Part shown: piece by piece, positions 24,191 through 35,229 of the stretch
Layout: each line of letters opens with the position of its first letter
Position numbering within the stretch: the stretch's first letter is position 1
Assembly: GCA_951406725.2 (NCBI GenBank)
Contig: OX597814.1
Coordinates: 1,364,001 to 1,428,000 of the forward strand
From: Octopus vulgaris
Lineage: Eukaryota
Direction of reading: 5' to 3'
Length of the DNA: 64,000 nucleotides
Position numbers and translations under genes: made by a program
The notes under the pieces: generated by a model
Told to the model about the DNA's origin: nothing
Seen by the model: only the letters and a program-made list of their open reading frames with translations
Databases searched by the model: none

Positions 24191-24783
24191 ATTCATATAC
24201 GCACACATGCCCGTGTGTGTGTGGTGTGTATAAGAGTCCATTAGCAAACAGACAACAGATGTAGACGAAGTGTCAAAAAAGATGACGGAGACCCAACCAA
24301 CTGGGTTTTTTTCTTCTTTCTCAAGAAGCAGATGGTTTGGTGAGGAGCTTGCATGATTGATTCGAATCTTTTGCATTGAGCTGCGAGAGAGATAAGGCAG
24401 GCAACACTGCGAAGTCCTACATAAACTGTTCTAACATTTCCATTTCATGTAACAGCATACTTTAGGTTCAGTACAGAGTAGCGCTTGTAGGTATACATGT
24501 GCGTGCGTGGGAACATGTGCGCGTGTGGCCGTATGGGTGTATGCGCAAGATAAGTAACCATTATTCAAATTAGGACAAATAAGTGAATCTAATTAATTTA
24601 ATTGATATTTTAAAATGCCTACGTCAATCTTGCTTCGATGCATATCCGCATGTGTGTATGGCTTTGTTATACTTTTTTTTACAGATATACTTACGCATAC
24701 GCATATGTATGGCGTCTGTAGGAATATGTTTATAAAAAAATGTTTTTACGCACATGCACAAATATATTTGTGATTTTATGTGG

Positions 24784-24785
<2 letters not shown>

Positions 24786-24814
<29 letters not shown>

Positions 24815-24860
24815 CACACATACATACACACATACATACATACATACATACATACATACA

Positions 24861-24893
<33 letters not shown>

Positions 24894-24940
24894 TCGTACG
24901 TACGTACATACATACATACGTACATACATATGTACGTACG

Positions 24941-24973
<33 letters not shown>

Positions 24974-25060
24974 TCGTACGTACGTACATACATACGTACA
25001 TACATATGTACGTACGTACATACATACATACATACACACATACATACATACATACATACA

Positions 25061-25093
<33 letters not shown>

Positions 25094-25152
25094 TCGTACG
25101 TACGTACATACATACATACGTACATACATATGTACGTACGTACATACATACA

Positions 25153-25185
<33 letters not shown>

Positions 25186-25268
25186 TCGTACGTACGTACA
25201 TACATACATACGTACATACATATGTACGTACGTACATACATACATACATACATACATACATACATACA

Positions 25269-25299
<31 letters not shown>

Positions 25300-25495
25300 G
25301 TACGTACGTACATACATACATACATACATACATACATACATACATACATACATACATACATACATACGTACATACATATGTACGTACATACATACATACA
25401 TACATACATACATACATACATACATACATACGTACATACATATGTACGTACGTACGTACATACATACATACGTACATACATGCATACATACATAC
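24786..25495. repeat. (TACA)n microsatellite with higher-order interruptions
   Basis: Recurring tatattcgtacgtacg and tatgtacgtacg variant blocks. Confidence 0.95.
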
Positions 25496-25619
25496 AGGAG
25501 TATTGTTGACTTTGGAACTTGTCTCTTTCAAATTGATACTTTAATCTAATCGCTCAATAAATCGAGCTATGCGCTGTTGTTTCTTGAAAAGAGTTCACCT
25601 CTATAATTTTTCATTACCT

Positions 25620-25681
<62 letters not shown>

Positions 25682-25692
25682 GTATATATACA

Positions 25693-26060
25693 GGTAATGA
25701 ACGGGTCGACATTCGACATTGCACAGTGCCAAAGATCCATCGCAATGCCATCGCGCTTCAGGACCAGTTACTACAACACCCTGGGTTTCCGGGACCTGCA
25801 GCTTTTTAATATTCTCCCCAAAAGCCCGAGGGACCTACACAAAGTGGATGTAGGTGTTTTCTAATCAAAACTGGACTTCTTCCTGTCGAGAGTCCCAGAT
25901 GAACCTACCTCACGGCAAGAGGTGCAAGTAAGGGTAGCGACATCAAACTCTATTCTTCACCAAGTGCCACATATTAGAGGAGGATCTCAGTCATAACAAT
26001 GTAGCAAGACGGCGGTGCCACAGCAAAGTCACAGCTCTGAGCTCAAACTACAAAATACAA
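25693..26060 (+). mobile_element. CR1/L2-type LINE 3' coding remnant
   Basis: Frameshifted translation …SYYNTLGFR…LFNILPKS…DLHKVDVGVF*SKLDFFLSRVPDEP…SNSILHQ, typical of CR1-group ORF2 C-termini. Confidence 0.65.
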
Positions 26061-26308
26061 AAGACACACACACATATATATATATATATAGTTGAAACAC
26101 TCCTCTCACAACCTGGGATCTTGAAGGCTGCTTTAATGCAAGAAAGTATACTAGTCCCTTAATATTTTATATTCAATATTTTATCTATTCAATAAGACAA
26201 TCAATACTTCATTTCATTTTACTATATATATATCATTTATACTATATATTCTATATTCTACATTAATATTATAAAGAATATAAATAAAACAGAGTTGGAA
26301 TTTCTTTG

Positions 26309-26375
<67 letters not shown>

Positions 26376-26599
26376 AGAGTATTGTAGTTCGCTTGACGCA
26401 TTGTATATTGTTTGTAAAGAATAGAAAGTTTTGAATGGTACAACAATGCACTATAATACAGACAATGGGCTGAGTATACCTGTTGTAATTTAGTCATCCA
26501 TAGTCTGATATGATATTTCATAATAATATTCCTTCTTTAGATATTCTTAGATGGAGTCGCTGTTATAATCGGTTTTCTAACGGCTTTCCGTTATTATTT

Positions 26600-27330
26600 T
26601 TTGGAAGCGTCTTAGCAGTGCTCTCACGACGCTCCTTCCGGAATTCCTCATGAGAAGTGTGTGAGGTCGGCCACGTCTCAATCTCGTGTGTGCTGGTACA
26701 TCCGTAGCGCTGCTTCTAAGTTACGTATTATACGTGCAGCTTCCATTTTTCCCTTCTTTTTTCCCCCATGTCTTCTGTTTTTCTGGATATAAACTACAGA
26801 TATGCATATTATCAAAAATGAACCTATACGCATCCAGATGTATCTAAATAATGTATTGATTACCAACCTCCAGCCTGTTGTTAATTTGGGGCCCTAGTCT
26901 GTGTATTAGTATAGCTTCCTTAATTCTTAAATTACCCAAATTTCTTTCATTGGCCTCAGTTGTGACTGTTATGTTTTTGTCGGTGTTCCGGCATCTGTCT
27001 AGGTGTTTTCTGAAAGAGGAAGCTCTCGTGTTCAGATGTTCTTTGATGCGGACGTATAACGCTACCCACATAGAACCTGTTGCATTTGTTACATTGTATT
27101 CTATACACAACATTTAGCCATTGGCATAAATCTGTGTCACGGATGGGACAGTTTGTTAATGTATACTGATTGTTGTCCCTTATTCGTTTTTTAGTGAGGT
27201 GTCCTCTCAGAGAGGGGCCGGAGTGGGCTAGTTGTATGTCTAGCCTTCCTCTCCTTTTGGCTCTTCGGATGGATGTAGTCATCCTCTCGCTAAAATGGGG
27301 TATTTTAAGGAAGCATGTGTTGCTTCCTTA
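26600..27330 (-). mobile_element. Penelope-like element 3' fragment with GIY-YIG endonuclease
   Basis: NVVYRIQCNKCNRFYVGS…YVRIKEHL…LRIKEAILIHRLGPQINNRLE across one frameshift; downstream degenerate hammerhead-like ctcatgaggaattccggaa at ~26635-26655. Confidence 0.85.
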
Positions 27331-27354
27331 AATTATATTCAGACTATATATATA

Positions 27355-28479
27355 TATATATATATTGTATATAAGAAAAGGGACAGGCAAAACAGGTTGC
27401 TTGACCGCATACCGAAAAAATAGAAATAGCAGTCAAGAATGCTTATTTCTATCAAAGTTGGACTCCGGGCATGACAGACCCTGCAATTCACATATGCAAA
27501 ACAGAAGGAATAGATAACGAATACGAAGTCTGGCGGTTATCTGTGAACATCATGTTTCTGGATTATAAACATATTGAATATATATTCCATATATTTTTGA
27601 AATATATTTCATATATATTGCATATATATTTCACATGCCCGGAGTCCAACTTTGATAGAAATAAGCATTCTTGACTGCTATTTCTATTTTTTCGGTATGC
27701 GGTCAAGCAACCTGTTTTGCCTGTCCCTTTTTCTTATATACAATATATATACTGAACTTTACAGAAGTTCCTGCCGGTAATAGGCTATATTTACATACCG
27801 AATTCCACCAGTAAATAATTGGGGTTTTTTTAAAAGCCTTTATAGAAATTATTTACTCTTATCATTATATTACTATTTGGATTTTTCACTCCCTTTGACA
27901 ACCTAACTGTGATGCGCATGGCAAAATTTTGGAGGGAAGATTTATGAATTCAAACGTCTATGTAGGTTTAGCTTTTGCTCACTTTCTTCAAATATTTTGA
28001 TGTCGCATGGTCAGAAGGTTTGAGGTACGTAGCATTTGATAAATCTATGATAAATCTTTTTCAATGGAAAGCTGTGCTGAAGAAGGATGTGAAATATATA
28101 TGCAATATATATGAAATATATTTCAAAAATATATGGAATATATATTCAATATGTTTATAATCCAGAAACATGATGTTCACAGATAACCGCCAGACTTCGT
28201 ATTCGTTATCTATTCCTTCTGTTTTGCATATGTGAATTGCAGGGTCTGTCATGCCCGGAGTCCAACTTTGATAGAAATAAGCATTCTTGACTGCTATTTC
28301 TATTTTTTCGGTATGCGGTCAAGCAACCTGTTTTGCCTGTCCCTTTTTCTTATATACAATATATATACTGAACTTTACAGAAGTTCCTGCCGGTAATCGG
28401 CTATATTTACATACCGAATTCTACCAGTAAATAATTGGGTTTTTTTTAAAAGCCTTTATAGAAATTATTTACTCTTATC

Positions 28480-28487
<8 letters not shown>
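27355..28487 (+). mobile_element. Non-coding hammerhead-bearing repeat in inverted plus partial-tandem configuration
   Basis: 27355-27636 is the reverse complement of ~28088-28368; 27634-27870 repeats directly at 28250-28487 (unit ~616 bp); flanked by (TA)n on both sides. Confidence 0.8.
28072..28182 (+). ncRNA. Type-I hammerhead ribozyme motif, family C
   Basis: CUGUG-CUGAAGA-A-GGAU(long AU-rich loop)AUCC-A-GAAA-CAUGAUG-UU-CACAG: perfect 5-bp stem I, intact core, short stem III, GUU cleavage triplet. Confidence 0.72.
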
Positions 28488-28552
<65 letters not shown>

Positions 28553-28713
28553 ATATATATAGTCGACATCATAGGAATGTAGAAACTTTCGTCAGAACGT
28601 CGAAGTATTCCTTTATTTTTTTTTAATTGGTTCTCGAAGCGTCCCGGAAGTTATAAATAATAGTATATAAATATTGGGTTGAAAAATCCTATAGAATAGA
28701 AAACGTCGAAAAC

Positions 28714-28777
28714 TGCCCGTGGGATTCGAACCCACATTTCCTATAGATATGACAAGTATTCTACCATTGGACCAAAG
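28714..28777 (-). pseudogene. tRNA-like sequence / Pol III promoter head
   Basis: Minus strand gctttggtccaatggtagaatac…gtgggttcgaatcccacgggca: A box, B box and T-stem present; anticodon and acceptor arms are poor. Confidence 0.5.
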
Positions 28778-29013
28778 CAATCTTTTGAGTTACTCTATTC
28801 ATTTTTGAGACTCTATTTTTACAGGCGAGAATTGTATGTTGTTGATATAAGAAATTAGGAAAGTCGAGAAAACGTGGAATTGGTTCTCGAAGTACATATA
28901 AAGATGTATGCATGTATGTATGTATGTATGTATGTATGTATGTATGTATGTATGTATGTATGTATGTATGTATGTATGTACGTACGTACACACATTCATA
29001 TATAAAGTTTGCA

Positions 29014-29052
29014 TTGCGATTCGAGTTTCATGCTACTACCATCTTCAGGCGA
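29014..29052 (-). ncRNA. Minimal hammerhead motif, family D
   Basis: UCGC-CUGAAGA-UGGUAGUAGCAU-GAAA-CUCGAA-UC-GCAA; core intact, near-palindromic helix III (ACUCGAaU), stems partly mismatched. Confidence 0.5.
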
Positions 29053-29129
29053 GAACACAAACATTTGTCTACTCCACCACACATATACATATAAGTGTGT
29101 GTATGTGAGTGTGTGAGTGTGTTTGTGTG

Positions 29130-29168
<39 letters not shown>

Positions 29169-30381
29169 CAGCAAAGGTTCCTTCATAGAACAATCTACCA
29201 TCTTAAAAAGTGAGGAAGCTCACATTCTGTTATGTAGTCCAAGGTAAACATAGCAGACAGAACGGTCATGGCTGGAATACGCTTGATTATCGATCATAGC
29301 TCTGATCATGATTGTACAGGGATTAAACACTTACAACAACAACAACAACAACAGCAACAGCAACAACAACGTCATCTCTTTCGCCATCACCAATCAATAT
29401 TCTCACCCCAGGTATCATCCGCAAAACGTCAATTTACGAAAAAAAAAAACCCCACCATCCCTAGATTTAAGAACAAAAAGAAAAAGATGATAGTGTTGTC
29501 TCCCACAGCAAAAATGGAGGAGACTGAGAGAGGATGGAAGTCAAAAACAGAAGCAAAAATGAAAAAAGGTGGAATCGATATTATTTCATCTGACCAACAT
29601 TTTTACCGTTTCTCTTCACTCTAGATTCTTGTAGGTTTTTTTGTTAAAAACTCGCATCACAGGGAAATCGTTTAATAATCCTAAGCGAGATGGCGGCGTT
29701 TTTGAACCCCTGTTAGCTTGTTTTGGTTCTTGTTGTTTGTTCTTTTTTTTTATTCTGTGGTTTTGTTCTCGTTTGGTTACTCACTCATCGATATATCTGC
29801 TGCCGCCACAGTCACCGCCGCCGCCGCTAACGCAGAAGAAAAACGTTATTTTTGGTGTTCTGCCATATCTGATATGGCGTATGGACGAAATTAAGCTGAC
29901 TGCTTCACTATATTTCCACTCTTTGATCATTTCTAACAAATTAAACCGACTTCAGAGAAATTCCGTCAAACAGTTCTGACCGTTTTCGTGTTGTTTGACG
30001 TTCCTTCACTTTTTAATTGTCGCCCAAAAGTTCAAGCCAGTAAAAATTGTTGAGTTTCCATAACAGCACGCTTCTAAAAACTGCCGCATTCAATGAACTG
30101 CCTCTTTGGTAGTAATTCCATTGAAGAACTCTCTGTAGAATTAAAACCAAATTATTGAGATATTTACTGCTTCTAACTTAGTTATGGTTTTCACACGACT
30201 TCAATATTGAGACTTGAAAAGAATTTTGTTAAAAACGTTTCCAGCGAGTTATTTTTGTTAATGCTATTTAATGGTACTTTTCTAAAACATCTGTCTCTGA
30301 AATTGTGGACAGAACGTTTTAGGACATGATGAATAAAAACCTAGTGAAAGCAGTACCAGTATGTATGTATATGTATGTATG

Positions 30382-30509
<128 letters not shown>

Positions 30510-31154
30510 AATATATATGTATATATATATGTATATATGTATGTATATGTGAGTGTGTATATATATATATAATATACACACCTATATACATACACATATA
30601 TATACACACATACATATATATACATACATATATAGATATAGATATACACACACATATATGCACACGCACACACACACACATATATACACACAAATTTATA
30701 TATACATATATACATACATATATATATATATATATACATATATACACACACACATATATATATATGCACGCACAGACATACACACACATATACATATATA
30801 TATATATAAATACATAAATGTAAATATATATAAGTATATATGTATATGTGTGTGTGTATATGTATGTACGTGCATATGTCTATATAAGTATTTTATGTTA
30901 GATATTATAGACGTGGCAAAACTAAATAACACGTAGTTGTTATATGTTTATATGCTATGATATATATACCTCGTATATAATTACATACATTTATATAGAT
31001 CACAGAGATAATTATATACATACATTTATGTACACTCCATATATAATTACATTGTATACACAATTTTGTTTTGTAATGTATCCCATCTATATAATTAGAT
31101 TTATAAACACCGATATACAATATTGTGTACATATATTTATACAGATCACAGATA

Positions 31155-31188
<34 letters not shown>

Positions 31189-31192
<4 letters not shown>

Positions 31193-32441
31193 CATGACAG
31201 AAGTAAATAGACACCACATGAAACATGGTTTGTGTTTATTCTAACGTGTAAATTCTTATATTTTTTATTAATTGACATTTTTGTGTTTCAGTTTCTATAG
31301 GTGACTGTTTAATCATGCCATGTACAAAAGAAGCGTTGGAATTGTCTGAATTTTAAAGAGGAAGTATTGTGGGTCATTCTGAAGGTGGATATAATCAGCA
31401 GAAAATCGCAGAAAACCCTGGGGACCCGCTTTCTACACTTAACAAAGTGATTGTGCAATTCACCAGAGAGGGGAAAGAGTCCACATCACCTCGCCCAGAT
31501 CAACCAGAGCCCTTTGACAGGACCCTTCTCGCTGCTAAGAGAAGTGTGGAGGATAATCCTCGTTGCAAGCCCTCTGACATAGCAGAACAAGTTGATGTCA
31601 GTCCCAAAACAGCTGTAAGGTATCTCCACAAACTTGTTTACTATGGCAGAACAGTAAGAAGGAAGCCATTTCTTCGACCAGCCAACATCAAGCAGAGAAT
31701 AAATTGGGCCAGTGAGATGGTGGAGAGGCCACTAGCATTTTTGGACAGTGTCATAGTCTCTGATGAGTCCAGATTTACTGTTGCGTTTCCTGACAGTGGT
31801 CGATTGTGGGTCTGGAGACTCTGTGATCAAGAATTTGATGTGAAAAGATTGCAGCCAACAATGAAACACGGCAGCTATTCGGTGATGGTCTGGGGAGCAG
31901 TTTCGAGCAATGGTTGGTCAGAGCTGGTGGAATGTGAGGGAAATATAAACTCAGATAAATATGTGTCCATATTGCAGAATGGACTACTTCCAATCTTTTC
32001 CAGTGGTGAAATGATTAAAGGAGACTCTTTATTTATTGAAGCTGGGGCTCCTTGTCACATGACTAAAATGACCCAAGATTTGTTGGATGAGAATGGCATT
32101 AAAAAGTTTCCATGGTAAAGCTAGTCACCAGATATGAACCCTATTGAACACCTCTGGGACATAATGGACAGGACACTTCATAAAAGGATCAAGAGAGCAT
32201 CTTCAAAGCCAGATCTTTTGAGATTACTTCATGAAACTTGGCAAGAAATTCCGCAAGAGAATATTTGTCAGCTGATAAGTAATATGCCTAATAGGGTCCT
32301 TGTATTGAAAAAGGCAAGGGTATGTCTACTAAATATTAAATATTAGCATTATAGCAATTAATAAATAATATGAATGTATAATTTCAGATTTAAACAAATT
32401 TTAATGATTATAAGGATGTCTATTTACTTCTGTCATATCTG
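31189..32441 (+). mobile_element. Full-length Tc1-like (DD34E) transposon with inactivated transposase at ~31315-32346
   Basis: 27-bp TIRs cagacatgacagaagtaaatagacacc / gatgtctatttacttctgtcatatctg after TA; SDESRF, VMVWG, SPDMNPIEHLW motifs; internal stops; second catalytic Asp reads FIEAGAPCH. Confidence 0.93.
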
Positions 32442-32850
32442 TGTACATATATTTTAATGCATTCATATATGTCACACGTCCCGTATATATACATACATTT
32501 ATTGATCACTGATATAATTATATACACCCATTCATGTGCACGTCGTCACACGTAACTGCATACATGCATTTATGTACAACCGTGTAGAATTTTTTTGGCG
32601 TAATTATGTAAATTACACCCATATCTATATACATTTCTATATACTCCATATACAATTTCGCACTTAGATTTTTATAACTCATTTATTATACATCCTATCA
32701 TATACATACGTTTATAGAAGATAGATATATTTATATACATACATTCATGTGTACGTCATACACACCGTGTACAAATATGTACACACAATTTTGTTCAGTG
32801 ATTCAGAATTATATACACGTGTATATACATATGTAGATATAATTTTTAGT

Positions 32851-33218
32851 GGAGGCGCAATGGCCCAGTGGTTAGGGCAGCGGACTCGCGGTCATAGGAT
32901 CGCGGTTTCGATTCCCAGACCGGGCGTTGTGAGTGTTTATTGAGCGAAAACACCTAAAAAGCTCCACGAGGCTCCGGCAGGGGATGGTGGTGATCCCTGC
33001 TGTACTCTTTCACCACAACTTTCTCTCACTCTTACTTCCTGTTTCTGTTGTACCTGTATTTCAAAGGGTCGGCCTTGTCACTCTCTGTGTCACGCTGAAT
33101 ATCCCCGAGAACTACGTGTCTGTGGAGTGCTCAGCCACTTACACGTTAATTTCACGAGCAGGCTGTTCCGTTGATTCGTATCAACTGGAACCCTCGTCGT
33201 CGTAACCGACGGAGTGCT
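32851..33218 (+). mobile_element. SINE family R, full copy with ~15-bp TSD
   Basis: Flanked by agatataatttttag / agatataatttcttag. Confidence 0.8.
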
Positions 33219-34029
33219 TTCACTTTCACTTCAGATATAATTTCTTAGCAACCAAATCAGCCATCGATTTCCTACTTCCGGGTCAAGGCCCTCTTTATAT
33301 ATTTGTCTCGATTTTAGCTTCGGAGACATGTATGCTGCAGCAGAATCCCCTTTTATTAAGTGAGACGTTGTGATTAGACCTTGGTTTAATCCAACAGGGA
33401 TGATCACGAATAGGGGTTATTTCAGGGGTTTAGGCTCAATTGTGCCACTGACACTGACTCTTGCCACTCTAATATACCCAAAATGCTTTATAGAAAGATT
33501 TTCGTAATTTATTCAAATAACCTCTCTAACAAAAAGATGACTTGGTTCAGTGAAGGTTCAACGAATTTACTCAGAAATTATTTATGTTATCTAAGTGGAT
33601 TCAAACGCCTTTCTATTATTACTATGTTGTCACGGAAGTGATTAGGTCAACGTCTGTTTATTCAATGCACTGGAATCAGCCTTGTTTCCGAGGTATTCCC
33701 TATTCAGAAAGCTACCGAAATGCGCATCATAAAACTGATCCCAGAGCAGCCGGAAGTATATATATGTATATATATGATGGAAGGCGGCGAGCTGGTAGAA
33801 ACGTTAGCCCGCCGGGCGAAATGCGTAGCCGTATTTCGTCTGCCGTTACGTTCTGAGTTCAAATTCCGCCGAGGTCGACTTTGCCTTTCATCCTTTCGGG
33901 GTCGATAAATAAAGTACCAGTTACGCACTGGTGTCGATGTAATCGACTTAATCCGTTTGTATGTCCTTCTTTGTCCTCTCTGTGTTTAGCCCATTGTGGG
34001 TAATAAAGAAGCATATATATGTATATATG

Positions 34030-34862
34030 ATGGATTCTCCCGTCGTGAACGACAAATGAGGGTGCAGTAAAAAATAAAGCATTAATCATGTTCTATGCAC
34101 ATGAATGTGTCTCTTGAGGTTTGCTGGTGCCCTGCAAACCGTTTGGTAAACGGAACAAGTTGAGGGCTCAGTTTGCTTGAGTGCTCATGGATTATTTATT
34201 ATGTAGTTTTTTGAGTGGACGGTAGGGCGTTGTTTACTTCGTGCCACAAAACCACAATGACAGGTAAGGTGTCCATTTATAAGGCGGCGAGCTGGTAGAG
34301 ACCTTAGCACACCGGGCGAAATGTTTAGCCGTATTTCATCTGCCGCTACGTTCTGAGTTCAAATTCCGCCGAGGTCGATTTTGCTTTTCATCCTTTCGGA
34401 TGAAAAAAAGTACCAGTTACGCACTGGGGTCGATATAATCGACTAAATCCGTTTGTCTGTTCTTGTTTGTCCCCTCTGTGAGTAGCCCCTTGTGGGCAAT
34501 AAAGAAATAGGTAAGGTGTCTATTTAGAGGAGCAGCATTTTTCCAGCGTGCCTTCATGCTTAGCTAAAATCTTTGAACCGAGGAGAAGCAGGATTGGTGC
34601 CAGTTCCTGCGTTCTGATGCTTTTGTTTCCCCAGGAAGAAAAAGGAATGCTGCATCGTTTTAAGATTGTCTTTTAGTTTGTCTTTGAAAGCGCAAGATTG
34701 ACCTTTCAACTGACACTACTGTTGGGAACTGGCCAAAGAGAAGTTGCTTCGGAATTCTGATAACACTCGTACGTGAGAGATGACCTAACTATCCAAGCTG
34801 TATTTCGATGAGGATGGTTTCAATACCCGATATGTTACATTTTGTTAGCACCTCACTGTTAT
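34030..34862 (-). mobile_element. RTE (BovB-like) LINE 3' fragment interrupted by a SINE (34282-34510, 18-bp TSD)
   Basis: Minus translation NSEVLTKCNISGIETILIEIQLG*LGHLSRTSVIRIPKQLLFGQ…KDKLKDNLK; TSD aggtaaggtgtc(c/t)attta. Confidence 0.7.
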
Positions 34863-35147
34863 ATTAATATCGAACACACATACACAAGATGTGTGTTTTG
34901 TCAGTTCGTGGGCAGGCTGCGATTGTAGGCGTAAGAAAATATATTCTCATGAAATATGTCTGGTGTTAATATATTCTCTTACGCCTACAGTCGCAGCATG
35001 TATGTATGTATGTATGTATGTATGTATGTATGTATGTATGTATGTATGTATGTATGTATGTGTGTGCATGTATGTATGTGTATGATTGAATGTGTGTATG
35101 TATATATATGTGAATATATTTGTGTGTATGTGTGTATGTATATATAT

Positions 35148-35229
<82 letters not shown>

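Noticed and set aside
24624-25549. Long ORFs of 230-290 aa (MYVC/HTYI repeats), and similar ORFs at 17025-17799, 30282-30936, 37416-40946, 52492-54926, 60655-62046 and 63015-63866
   Set aside because: These are translations of stop-free microsatellites, open in several frames at once.
27471-28252. Twin ORFs starting MTDPAIHICKTEG on opposite strands
   Set aside because: A by-product of the inverted duplication in the hammerhead-bearing repeat; no coding hallmarks.
29268-29624. Poly-Q ORF of 118 aa
   Set aside because: A CAA/CAG microsatellite plus A-runs, with no recognisable domain or splice support.
32851-32925. tRNA-like heads with A/B boxes (also at 3816, 35363 and 24050-24123)
   Set aside because: They continue directly into SINE bodies and lack a complete cloverleaf, so they are not called tRNA genes.
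34260-34640. Strong-looking + strand donor (cag|gtaagg) and acceptor (ttttgtttccccag)
   Set aside because: Both lie inside a minus-strand RTE LINE relic, and the donor is duplicated as part of a SINE TSD.
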